Shown piece after piece: positions 8,676 to 18,251 of a stretch of 64,000 nt of DNA. Origin of the DNA: Escherichia coli (lineage in GTDB: Bacteria; Pseudomonadota; Gammaproteobacteria; Enterobacterales; Enterobacteriaceae). The position numbers and the translations under genes were made by a program. The notes below the pieces were generated by a model. That model saw only the letters and a list, made by a program, of their open reading frames with translations. It was not told where the DNA came from and made no database searches. Within the stretch, counting starts at the first letter, position 1. The number at the start of each line of letters is the position of its first letter. The DNA is taken from the NCBI RefSeq assembly GCF_003334355.1, contig NZ_QOWP01000006.1. One strand, given 5' to 3'.

Positions 8676-10244
8676 GTGGACTGGCTTCTTGATGTTTTTG
8701 CTACCTGGCTCTACGGCTTAAAAGTAATCGCGATAACGTTAGCGGTCATCATGTTCATCAGCGGGCTGGACGATTTTTTTATTGATGTCGTCTACTGGGT
8801 ACGCCGCATTAAACGCAAGTTGAGTGTTTATCGCCGCTACCCGCGAATGAGTTACCGCGAACTGTATAAACCAGATGAAAAACCGTTAGCGATTATGGTT
8901 CCGGCATGGAATGAAACGGGCGTCATCGGCAATATGGCCGAGCTGGCGGCGACCACGCTCGACTACGAAAACTATCATATCTTTGTTGGCACCTACCCCA
9001 ACGACCCCGATACTCAGCGTGATGTTGACGAAGTGTGCGCTCGCTTCCCGAATGTGCATAAGGTAGTCTGCGCGCGTCCTGGCCCCACCAGCAAAGCCGA
9101 CTGTCTGAACAACGTGCTGGACGCCATCACCCAATTTGAGCGTAGCGCCAATTTCGCTTTTGCTGGTTTTATTCTGCATGACGCCGAAGATGTGATTTCA
9201 CCGATGGAATTGCGTCTGTTCAACTATCTGGTCGAGCGTAAAGATCTGATTCAGATCCCGGTGTATCCGTTCGAACGCGAATGGACGCACTTCACCAGCA
9301 TGACTTACATTGATGAGTTTTCAGAGCTGCATGGCAAAGATGTTCCGGTGCGTGAAGCCCTCGCCGGACAAGTGCCCAGCGCAGGCGTCGGCACCTGTTT
9401 CAGCCGCCGCGCCGTGACCGCTCTGTTAGCTGACGGTGACGGTATTGCTTTCGACGTGCAGAGTCTGACTGAAGATTACGACATTGGTTTCCGCCTGAAA
9501 GAGAAAGGTATGACGGAAATTTTTGTCCGTTTTCCGGTGGTGGACGAAGCCAAAGAACGCGAGCAGCGTAAATTTTTACAGCACGCACGGACGTCAAACA
9601 TGATCTGCGTGCGCGAATATTTCCCCGATACCTTTTCGACTGCAGTTCGACAAAAATCTCGCTGGATCATCGGCATTGTTTTCCAGGGCTTTAAAACCCA
9701 CAAATGGACCTCCAGCCTGACGCTGAACTACTTTCTCTGGCGCGACCGCAAAGGGGCAATCAGTAACTTTGTCAGCTTCCTCGCGATGCTGGTGATGCTC
9801 CAGCTTTTGCTGTTGCTGGCGTATGAAAGTTTGTGGCCCGATGCCTGGCATTTCCTTTCTATTTTTAGCGGCAGCGCATGGTTAATGACCCTGCTGTGGC
9901 TAAACTTTGGCTTGATGGTTAACCGCATCGTGCAGCGGGTGATTTTCGTCACTGGCTACTACGGTCTGACGCAGGGGCTGCTATCTGTCCTGCGTCTTTT
10001 CTGGGGCAACCTGATTAACTTTATGGCCAACTGGCGCGCGCTAAAACAGGTACTTCAACACGGCGATCCACGTCGCGTCGCGTGGGATAAAACAACGCAT
10101 GACTTCCCCAGCGTCACTGGCGATACCCGCTCGTTGCGCCCGTTAGGTCAAATTCTGCTGGAAAATCAGGTCATCACTGAAGAACAACTCGATACAGCAC
10201 TGCGTAATCGCGTCGAAGGTCTACGCCTGGGCGGTTCAATGTGA
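8676..10244 (+). CDS. nfrB: NfrB phage N4 adsorption protein B, glycosyltransferase/membrane portion (GTG start), truncated by frameshift
   Basis: 522-aa ORF matching NfrB N-terminal region from memory; stops at 10242-10244 while the remainder continues in the +2 frame. Confidence 0.85.
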   Translation: MDWLLDVFATWLYGLKVIAITLAVIMFISGLDDFFIDVVYWVRRIKRKLSVYRRYPRMSYRELYKPDEKPLAIMVPAWNETGVIGNMAELAATTLDYENYHIFVGTYPNDPDTQRDVDEVCARFPNVHKVVCARPGPTSKADCLNNVLDAITQFERSANFAFAGFILHDAEDVISPMELRLFNYLVERKDLIQIPVYPFEREWTHFTSMTYIDEFSELHGKDVPVREALAGQVPSAGVGTCFSRRAVTALLADGDGIAFDVQSLTEDYDIGFRLKEKGMTEIFVRFPVVDEAKEREQRKFLQHARTSNMICVREYFPDTFSTAVRQKSRWIIGIVFQGFKTHKWTSSLTLNYFLWRDRKGAISNFVSFLAMLVMLQLLLLLAYESLWPDAWHFLSIFSGSAWLMTLLWLNFGLMVNRIVQRVIFVTGYYGLTQGLLSVLRLFWGNLINFMANWRALKQVLQHGDPRRVAWDKTTHDFPSVTGDTRSLRPLGQILLENQVITEEQLDTALRNRVEGLRLGGSM

Positions 10245-10912
10245 TGCAGGGGCTGATTAGCGCCGAGCAGCTGGCACAGGCGCTGGCAGAGCAAAACGGC
10301 GTGGCGTGGGAATCCATCGATGCCTGGCAGATCCCTTCCTCGCTGATTGCCGAAATGCCGGCCTCCGTGGCGCTGCATTATGCAGTACTGCCGCTGCGTC
10401 TGGAAAATGATGAGTTAATTGTCGGCAGTGAAGATGGTATTGACCCTGTTTCGCTGGCGGCCCTGACGCGTAAAGTCGGACGCAAAGTGCGTTACGTCAT
10501 TGTTCTGCGGGGACAAATTGTCACGGGGTTACGTCACTGGTATGCACGCCGACGCGGTCACGATCCGCGGGCAATGTTGTACAATGCGGTTCAGCATCAG
10601 TGGCTCACGGAACAGCAGACCGGTGAAATCTGGCGGCAATATGTGCCGCATCAGTTCCTGTTCGCCGAAATACTGACCACGCTCGGTCATATTAATCGTT
10701 CAGCAATTAACGTGTTGTTATTGCGCCATGAACGCAGTTCTCTGCCGCTCGGCAAGTTTTTGGTCACCGAAGGCGTTATCAGCCAGGAAACGTTGGATCG
10801 CGTCCTGACAATTCAACGCGAATTACAAGTTTCGATGCAATCACTATTACTCAAAGCAGGTTTAAACACAGAACAGGTTGCGCAACTGGAGTCCGAAAAT
10901 GAAGGAGAATAA
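10241..10912 (+). CDS. nfrB: NfrB C-terminal MshEN-like domain, separated from the N-terminal part by frameshift
   Basis: 223-aa ORF overlapping the upstream ORF stop by 4 nt (ATGTGATG); 522+1+222 equals the recalled 745-aa NfrB. Confidence 0.8.
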   Translation: MMQGLISAEQLAQALAEQNGVAWESIDAWQIPSSLIAEMPASVALHYAVLPLRLENDELIVGSEDGIDPVSLAALTRKVGRKVRYVIVLRGQIVTGLRHWYARRRGHDPRAMLYNAVQHQWLTEQQTGEIWRQYVPHQFLFAEILTTLGHINRSAINVLLLRHERSSLPLGKFLVTEGVISQETLDRVLTIQRELQVSMQSLLLKAGLNTEQVAQLESENEGE

Positions 10913-13871
10913 CCTTAATCGCGTCATCGGATGGTCTGGTTTACTGCTGACGTCTTTATTGAGTACCAGCGCACTCGCAGACAATATCGGCACCAGCGCA
11001 GAAGAGCTGGGGCTGAGCGATTATCGCCATTTTGTTATTTATCCCCGTCTCGATAAGGCGCTGAAGGCACAGAAAAATAACGACGAAGCAACCGCCATCC
11101 GCGAATTTGAATATATACACCAGCAGGTGCCGGATAATATTCCGCTGACTTTATACCTTGCGGAAGCCTATCGCCATTTTGGTCATGATGACCGGGCGCG
11201 GCTGTTGCTGGAGGATCAACTGAAACGTCACCCAGGAGATGCCCGACTTGAGCGCAGTCTGGCGGCTATTCCAGTTGAAGTGAAAAGCGTTACGACTGTT
11301 GAAGAACTGCTTGCCCAGCAAAAAGCGTGCGATGCTGCGCCGACCCTGCGTTGTCGCAGTGAAGTCGGGCAGAATGCCCTGCGGCTGGCACAGTTACCTG
11401 TCGCCAGAGCGCAACTGAACGATGCGACGTTTGCTGCATCGCCGGAAGGAAAAACGCTGCGAACCGATCTGCTGCAACGGGCAATCTACCTGAAACAATG
11501 GTCCCAGGCAGATACGCTATACAATGAAGCACGCCAGCAGAACACATTAAGCGCGGCAGAACGCCGTCAGTGGTTTGACGTGCTTCTTGCCGGGCAGCTG
11601 GACGATCGGATCCTGGCACTGCAATCACAGGGGATCTTCACCGATCCTCAGTCATATATTACTTACGCGACCGCGCTGGCTTATCGTGGCGAAAAAGCAC
11701 GCCTCCAGCATTATCTCATTGAAAATAAGCCGCTGTTTACCACGGACGCACAAGAGAAAAGTTGGCTCTATCTGTTATCTAAATACAGCGCCAACCCCGT
11801 TCAGGCATTGGCGAATTATACGGTGCAGTTTGCCGATAACCGCCAGTATGTTGTTGGCGCGACGCTACCGGTGCTGTTAAAAGAAGGTCAGTACGACGCA
11901 GCGCAAAAACTGCTCGCCACCCTCCCCGCCAATGAAATGCTTGAGGAGCGTTATGCTGTCAGCGTGGCGACCCGTAACAAGGCTGAATCTCTGCGTCTGG
12001 CACGATTGCTGTATCAGCAAGAACCGGCAAATCTTACCCGCCTGGATCAACTGACCTGGCAACTGATGCAGAACGAGCAGTCACGCGAAGCTGCCGATTT
12101 ATTGCTGCAACGCTATCCTTTCCAGGGCGATGCGCGTGTCAGCCAGACTTTAATGGCGCGACTGGCGTCTCTGCTGGAAAGTCATCCTTACCTGGCAACT
12201 CCAGCGAAGGTGGCGATTTTATCAAAACCCTTGCCGCTGGCGGCGCAACGTCAGTGGCAAAGCCAGTTGCCGGGTATTGCAGATAATTGCCCGGCAATAG
12301 TTCGCTTGCTGGGCGATATGTCGCCTTCCTACGATGCCGCCGCCTGGAACCGTCTGGCAAAGTGTTATCGGGACACGCTACCCGGTGTGGCCTTGTATGC
12401 ATGGCTTCAGGCCGAACAACGACAACCGAACGCCTGGCAACATCGTGCGGTATCCTATCAGGCGTATCAGGTTGAGGACTACGCCACCGCACTGGCGGCC
12501 TGGCAGAAAATCAGTCTTCACGACATGAGCAATGAGGATCTGCTTGCTGCTGCCAATACCGCCCAGGCGGCAGGAAATGGTGCAGCTCGCGATCGCTGGC
12601 TACAACAGGCAGAACAACGTGGACTGGGAAACAATGCCCTCTACTGGTGGCTGCATGCGCAACGTTACATTCCTGGTCAGCCGGAACTCGCACTGAGCGA
12701 TCTCACGCGCTCAATCAATATTGCGCCTTCTGCCAACGCTTACGTTGCGCGGGCGACAATTTATCGCCAACGTCATAATGTCCCGGCGGCGGTGAGTGAT
12801 TTGCGCGCCGCGCTGGAACTGGAACCGAATAATAGCAACATCCAGGCAGCGCTTGGTTACGCCTTGTGGGATAGCGGTGATATCGCACAGTCGCGGGAAA
12901 TGCTCGAACAGGCGCATAAAGGGCTACCGGACGATCCGGCACTGATCCGACAACTGGCCTATGTGAACCAGCGTCTGGATGACATGCCTGCGACGCAGCA
13001 CTACGCCCGCCTGGTGATTGATGACATTGATAATCAGGCGCTGATAAACCCACTCACCCCAGAGCAAAATCAGCAACGCTTCAATTTCCGCCGTCTGCAT
13101 GAGGAGGTCGGTCGCCGCTGGACGTTCAGTTTCGATTCTTCTATCGGCTTGCGTTCCGGGGCAATGAGCACCGCTAACAATAATGTCGGCGGCGCAGCGC
13201 CAGGGAAAAGCTATCGTAGCTACGGGCAACTGGAAGCCGAGTACCGCATCGGACGCAATATGCTGCTGGAAGGCGACCTGCTCTCAGTTTATAGCCGCGT
13301 CTTTGCCGATACCGGAGAAAACGGGGTGATGATGCCGGTGAAAAATCCGATGTCCGGCACCGGTCTACGCTGGAAGCCGCTGCGCGATCAGATCTTTTTC
13401 CTCGCCGTCGAACAGCAGTTGCCGCTGAACGGGCAAAATGGCGCATCCGATACCATGCTGCGCGCCAGCGCCTCATTCTTTAATGGCGGCAAATACAGCG
13501 ACGAATGGCACCCGAACGGTTCAGGCTGGTTTGCCCAAAACCTGTACCTCGATGCGGCGCAATATATCCGCCAGGATATTCAGGCGTGGACGGCAGATTA
13601 TCGCGTCAGCTGGCATCAGAAGGTAGCTAACGGACAGACTATTGAGCCTTACGCTCACGTTCAGGACAACGGCTATCGTGATAAAGGCACTCAGGGCGCG
13701 CAGCTTGGCGGTGTCGGGGTCCGCTGGAATATCTGGACCGGCGAGACGCACTACGACGCCTGGCCGCACAAAGTCAGTCTCGGCGTCGAGTATCAACATA
13801 CCTTTAAGGCGATTAATCAACGTAACGGAGAGCGCAACAACGCGTTTCTCACCATTGGAGTGCACTGGTAA
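10899..13871 (+). CDS. nfrA: NfrA outer-membrane phage N4 receptor (TPR-containing)
   Basis: Long ORF, MKENNLNRVIGWSGLL start, signal peptide, overlaps nfrB end as in K-12. Confidence 0.9.
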   Translation: MKENNLNRVIGWSGLLLTSLLSTSALADNIGTSAEELGLSDYRHFVIYPRLDKALKAQKNNDEATAIREFEYIHQQVPDNIPLTLYLAEAYRHFGHDDRARLLLEDQLKRHPGDARLERSLAAIPVEVKSVTTVEELLAQQKACDAAPTLRCRSEVGQNALRLAQLPVARAQLNDATFAASPEGKTLRTDLLQRAIYLKQWSQADTLYNEARQQNTLSAAERRQWFDVLLAGQLDDRILALQSQGIFTDPQSYITYATALAYRGEKARLQHYLIENKPLFTTDAQEKSWLYLLSKYSANPVQALANYTVQFADNRQYVVGATLPVLLKEGQYDAAQKLLATLPANEMLEERYAVSVATRNKAESLRLARLLYQQEPANLTRLDQLTWQLMQNEQSREAADLLLQRYPFQGDARVSQTLMARLASLLESHPYLATPAKVAILSKPLPLAAQRQWQSQLPGIADNCPAIVRLLGDMSPSYDAAAWNRLAKCYRDTLPGVALYAWLQAEQRQPNAWQHRAVSYQAYQVEDYATALAAWQKISLHDMSNEDLLAAANTAQAAGNGAARDRWLQQAEQRGLGNNALYWWLHAQRYIPGQPELALSDLTRSINIAPSANAYVARATIYRQRHNVPAAVSDLRAALELEPNNSNIQAALGYALWDSGDIAQSREMLEQAHKGLPDDPALIRQLAYVNQRLDDMPATQHYARLVIDDIDNQALINPLTPEQNQQRFNFRRLHEEVGRRWTFSFDSSIGLRSGAMSTANNNVGGAAPGKSYRSYGQLEAEYRIGRNMLLEGDLLSVYSRVFADTGENGVMMPVKNPMSGTGLRWKPLRDQIFFLAVEQQLPLNGQNGASDTMLRASASFFNGGKYSDEWHPNGSGWFAQNLYLDAAQYIRQDIQAWTADYRVSWHQKVANGQTIEPYAHVQDNGYRDKGTQGAQLGGVGVRWNIWTGETHYDAWPHKVSLGVEYQHTFKAINQRNGERNNAFLTIGVHW

Positions 13872-14762
13872 ATGCGTAAGTTCATTTTCGTATTGCTGAC
13901 ACTGCTTTTGGTCAGCCCTTTTTCCTTTGCGATGAAAGGTATTATCTGGCAACCACAAAACCGTGATAGTCAGGTTACCGATACCCAGTGGCAGGGGCTG
14001 ATGAGTCAGTTACGTTTGCAAGGCTTCGATACCCTGGTTTTGCAATGGACCCGTTACGGCGATGCATTCACCCAGCCAGAACAGCGCGCGTTATTGTTTA
14101 AGCGGGCCGCAGCTGCGCAACAGGCTGGCCTGAAGCTGATTGTCGGGCTGAACGCCGATCCGGAATTTTTTATGCACCAGAAACAGTCGTCCGCAGCGCT
14201 GGAAAGCTATCTTAATCGCCTGCTGGCTGCCGATCTCCAGCAAGCCAGATTATGGAGCGCCGCGCCTGGCGTAACGCCGGATGGCTGGTACATCAGCGCG
14301 GAAATTGACGACCTGAACTGGCGCAGCGAAGCCGCCCGTCAGCCTTTGCTAACATGGTTAAACAACGAGCAGCGGCTGATTAGCGATGTTTCAGCAAAAC
14401 CGGTTTATATCAGTAGTTTTTTCGCCGGAAACATGTCGCCCGATGGCTATCGCCAACTGCTGGAACACGTTAAAGCAACCGGCGTTAATGTCTGGGTACA
14501 GGATGGCAGCGGCGTGGATAAACTTACCGCTGAACAGCGTGAACGTTATCTACAGGCCAGCGCCGATTGCCAAAGCTCCGCCCCAGCAAGCGGCATTGTT
14601 TATGAACTGTTTGTCGCCGGCAAAGGCAAAACCTTTACAGCGAAACCGAAACCGGACGCAGAAATTGCCTCGCTGTTAGCGAAACGTTCCTCTTGCGGTA
14701 AAGACACTCTCTATTTCTCTCTGCGCTATTTGCCCGTCGCGCACGGCATTCTCGAGTATTAA
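13872..14762 (+). CDS. ybcH: YbcH family exported protein
   Basis: 296-aa ORF with signal peptide immediately after nfrA; synteny. Confidence 0.75.
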   Translation: MRKFIFVLLTLLLVSPFSFAMKGIIWQPQNRDSQVTDTQWQGLMSQLRLQGFDTLVLQWTRYGDAFTQPEQRALLFKRAAAAQQAGLKLIVGLNADPEFFMHQKQSSAALESYLNRLLAADLQQARLWSAAPGVTPDGWYISAEIDDLNWRSEAARQPLLTWLNNEQRLISDVSAKPVYISSFFAGNMSPDGYRQLLEHVKATGVNVWVQDGSGVDKLTAEQRERYLQASADCQSSAPASGIVYELFVAGKGKTFTAKPKPDAEIASLLAKRSSCGKDTLYFSLRYLPVAHGILEY

Positions 14763-14944
14763 ATCTCCTCCAGGTAAGTCGGGTACGACCTGGCTTACCT
14801 CTTTCGCTCTCGTCAGAATTCCATCAAGATTAATTGCTAAAAAGCGTGCTAAAGAAAGAAGATCGTTATCGGCGAACGGGCCGATCACTCATGCAGGAAG
14901 CATAGATCCTTTGAGCGGAGTTTCTGATATCTGAGGAGTGCGAA

Positions 14945-15706
14945 ATGCAATTGAGCAGCAGTAAACCTTGCGTGGTGATCCTGACCGAAAAAGAGGTAGA
15001 GGTAAGCGTCAATAACCATGCTACGTTTACCCTTCCGAAAAACTACCTGGCCGCCTTCGCGTGCAACAATAACGTCATTGAACTCTCAACGTTAAATCAC
15101 GTATTAATCACCCACATCAACCGTAACATCATCAACGATTATCTGTTGTTTTTAAATAAGAACTTAACCTGTGTAAAGCCCTGGTCGCGGCTGGCTACCC
15201 CGGTTATCGCTTGTCATAGCCGTACACCGGAAGTGTTCCGGCTAGCCGCCAACCACAGCAAGCAGCAACCCAGCAAACCCTGCGAAGCGGAGTTGACGCG
15301 CGCATTGCTTTTTACCGTATTGTCTAACTTTCTTGAGCAATCGCGGTTTATTGCCCTACTGATGTATATCTTACGCAGCAGCGTCCGCGACAGCGTCTGC
15401 CGCATTATTCAAAGCGATATTCAGCACTACTGGAATCTGCGAATTGTCGCCAGTTCGCTATGTTTAAGCCCCAGCCTGCTCAAAAAGAAATTAAAAAACG
15501 AAAATACCAGCTATAGCCAGATTGTCACAGAGTGTCGTATGCGTTACGCCGTACAGATGTTATTGATGGATAACAAAAATATCACTCAGGTGGCGCAATT
15601 ATGTGGCTATAGCAGCACGTCGTACTTTATCTCTGTTTTTAAGGCGTTTTACGGCCTGACACCGTTGAATTATCTCGCCAAACAGCGACAAAAAGTGATG
15701 TGGTGA
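14945..15706 (+). CDS. envY: EnvY AraC-family transcriptional regulator
   Basis: 253-aa ORF with C-terminal AraC-type HTH (..YSSTSYFISVFKAFYGLTPLNYL..); synteny with ybcH. Confidence 0.75.
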   Translation: MQLSSSKPCVVILTEKEVEVSVNNHATFTLPKNYLAAFACNNNVIELSTLNHVLITHINRNIINDYLLFLNKNLTCVKPWSRLATPVIACHSRTPEVFRLAANHSKQQPSKPCEAELTRALLFTVLSNFLEQSRFIALLMYILRSSVRDSVCRIIQSDIQHYWNLRIVASSLCLSPSLLKKKLKNENTSYSQIVTECRMRYAVQMLLMDNKNITQVAQLCGYSSTSYFISVFKAFYGLTPLNYLAKQRQKVMW

Positions 15707-15751
15707 AGGGCAAAGCGGAAACGGATAAGACGGGCATAAATGAAGAAGAAA

Positions 15752-15828
15752 TGGCGCGCCCTGCAGGATTCGAACCTGCGGCCCACGACTTAGAAGGTCG
15801 TTGCTCTATCCAACTGAGCTAAGGGCGC
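15752..15828 (-). tRNA. argU: tRNA-Arg (anticodon UCU)
   Basis: Minus strand reads GCGCCCTTAGCTCAGTTGGATAGAGCAACGACCTTCTAAGTCGTGGGCCGCAGGTTCGAATCCTGCAGGGCGCGCCA, matching argU from memory. Confidence 0.9.
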
Positions 15829-16070
15829 GTTGATACCGCAATGCGGTGTAATCGCGTGAATTATACGGTCAACCCTTGCTGAGTCAATGGCTTTTGATCT
15901 GGTTGCTGAACAAGTGAACGACCGCGTCTGATTTTCTGATTTATTTCGCTATAGTGGCAAACAAACGCACACCGCTGCGCGTCTGAATCAAGAAAACCCG
16001 TATTTTCATGTATCAAAGTACAATTTACCGCCCTAACGGAAAATTGTCCGCTCCTATGAGACTGGTAACT

Positions 16071-16703
16071 ATGAAACCAACGTCGGTGATCATTATGGAT
16101 ACTCATCCTATCATCAGAATGTCTATTGAAGTTCTGTTGCAAAAAAACAGTGAATTGCAGATTGTCCTGAAAACGGATGATTACCGCATAACCATCGATT
16201 ATCTCCGAACCCGTCCTGTTGATTTAATCATTATGGATATAGACTTGCCCGGAACAGACGGTTTTACCTTCCTGAAAAGGATCAAACAAATCCAGAGCAC
16301 AGTGAAAGTGTTATTTTTATCATCGAAATCAGAATGCTTTTATGCTGGCAGAGCGATACAAGCTGGTGCTAACGGTTTTGTCAGTAAATGCAATGATCAG
16401 AATGATATTTTTCATGCCGTTCAGATGATCCTCTCCGGATACACGTTTTTTCCTAGCGAAACGCTTAACTATATAAAAAGCAATAAATGTAGTACGAATA
16501 GTTCAACGATCACTGTGCTATCTAATCGTGAAGTGACCATATTACGTTATCTGGTTAGCGGATTATCTAATAAAGAAATTGCCGATAAGTTATTACTTAG
16601 CAATAAAACAGTTAGTGCGCATAAATCTAATATTTATGGCAAGCTAGGTTTGCATTCAATTGTAGAGCTTATCGACTACGCCAAATTATACGAATTAATA
16701 TAA
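16071..16703 (+). CDS. fimZ: FimZ response-regulator-like transcription factor
   Basis: MKPTSVIIMDTHPIIRMSIEVLL.. receiver domain plus LuxR-type HTH; 210 aa from this start. Confidence 0.85.
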   Translation: MKPTSVIIMDTHPIIRMSIEVLLQKNSELQIVLKTDDYRITIDYLRTRPVDLIIMDIDLPGTDGFTFLKRIKQIQSTVKVLFLSSKSECFYAGRAIQAGANGFVSKCNDQNDIFHAVQMILSGYTFFPSETLNYIKSNKCSTNSSTITVLSNREVTILRYLVSGLSNKEIADKLLLSNKTVSAHKSNIYGKLGLHSIVELIDYAKLYELI

Positions 16704-16705
16704 TA

Positions 16706-17221
16706 TTAATTATAATTGATCATAAATATCGCATCCGCTTTCGCCACACCTGGCCGAACACCGCTGGCTAACGCTCGATAATTGGCAAAAAAGTTTAGTG
16801 TGACATTGCCATTTGCATCTACTTCCTCAGTCGGGCTCGCCTCCCCCAGTGCGAGCCGGGAGCGATCGCTATTACGTAATTCGATGGCGACGGTTTGTGC
16901 CATTGCGGGATCATCCAGAGCCAGCAGGTTGGTATCGGATGCCGGCGTTCCCGTAAATAAAATCGCAACTGAACCCGGAGGACATCCCTCCAGCCGCAGG
17001 CTAAAAGGGACGAGTGCCGTGGTATCGCCAGCGTTCAGTAATTGTGTCGTAGGCCATCTGCCTAAATCTACCGTCTTATCAATATCCGCTGTGTTTACGG
17101 TACAGGAGAAATCAACAACGTTACCGTGCAAATTGATATTAATCGTTCCTAAAGGGTCAGCTGCCCATCCACTGGAACTCCACAGTAACCCGCAGAAACA
17201 GCTAAAGAGTACTCTTCTCAT
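16706..17221 (-). CDS. sfmF: SfmF fimbrial-like adhesin subunit
   Basis: Signal peptide MRRVLFSCFCGLLWSSSGWA; start chosen inside the longer track ORF; sfm operon synteny. Confidence 0.75.
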   Translation of the reverse strand: MRRVLFSCFCGLLWSSSGWAADPLGTININLHGNVVDFSCTVNTADIDKTVDLGRWPTTQLLNAGDTTALVPFSLRLEGCPPGSVAILFTGTPASDTNLLALDDPAMAQTVAIELRNSDRSRLALGEASPTEEVDANGNVTLNFFANYRALASGVRPGVAKADAIFMINYN

Positions 17222-17231
17222 TCTCCGTACC

Positions 17232-18239
17232 TCATTGATAATCGACGCGTAAATACCCCAGCGCGCTAAACGGCCCCTCGGTCGGTTTTTGACCGGTAAT
17301 ACTGATAGGCCAGGCGCGAAGTGTGACATTGGCTGCCGCAGCTGCATCCAGACGGAAAGGAATAACGCTATTGAGATCGTTAGGCGTAATCGGCGTATCG
17401 TTCTGATCGGCGACAATAAAACCTAAATCCTGATTGTCCGACACCATCGCCTGACCAGAAACGGCACTGGCTTCCAGACGCATTGTTAAATAAGCCTGCG
17501 CAGCAACATTCGTACATTTGACCGCAATGCTCTTGGTTTGCGGCATGACACCAGCAGGTCGATTACCCGGCCCTGCCGCACTAAATAACGATGCGCCGAT
17601 ATCACCAAAATCAAATTCAACAATCTGCCCGGCATTTAATTCGCAGTTTTGCGGTACTTCAACCCGGCCACCAAAACTAATGGTATAAACAGGTGTAACC
17701 AACGGATCGTAAGGCGTTGATGTCACATACACGGTAAACATCACCTGTCTGGGGATCTCCACCATGTTAATAAAGGGACGAATAACCTTTAAACGAAATA
17801 TTAAACGAGAATCCATCACCCCGAATAGAAGGTTTTGCGAAACGTTAGGATCTGTTCCCATCCGAATATAATTTTGCGGGGGGAACTGAATATCCATAAC
17901 ACTATCAACCAGACTCATCGCACCTAATAGATAATCATGTAATTGCATATATTTATAATTATCGATAGTTTCCTGAACAATAAAGTTGGTGACATAACTA
18001 CGGTATGTATAATTCACCAGCGTGCCGGGTGGACAAATTGCTGACACACCTACCCAGCCGGATTTTTCCGGTAAAACAACAATCTGCCCTGGCTGGTTAT
18101 TGGTGCTATTAAAGACATTTGAGAGATCATAGTGTTCATCTTCTGCTACGCCAGTACTATTTGCACAAACAGTAGCCCAGGATATGTTTGTTAACCACAA
18201 ACATGCCATCGCCAATAATAATCTGCAGATTATCTTCAT
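17232..18239 (-). CDS. sfmH: SfmH fimbrial adhesin-like protein
   Basis: 335-aa ORF with signal peptide, in sfm operon position. Confidence 0.75.
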   Translation of the reverse strand: MKIICRLLLAMACLWLTNISWATVCANSTGVAEDEHYDLSNVFNSTNNQPGQIVVLPEKSGWVGVSAICPPGTLVNYTYRSYVTNFIVQETIDNYKYMQLHDYLLGAMSLVDSVMDIQFPPQNYIRMGTDPNVSQNLLFGVMDSRLIFRLKVIRPFINMVEIPRQVMFTVYVTSTPYDPLVTPVYTISFGGRVEVPQNCELNAGQIVEFDFGDIGASLFSAAGPGNRPAGVMPQTKSIAVKCTNVAAQAYLTMRLEASAVSGQAMVSDNQDLGFIVADQNDTPITPNDLNSVIPFRLDAAAAANVTLRAWPISITGQKPTEGPFSALGYLRVDYQ

Positions 18240-18251
18240 TGATAATTTCCT

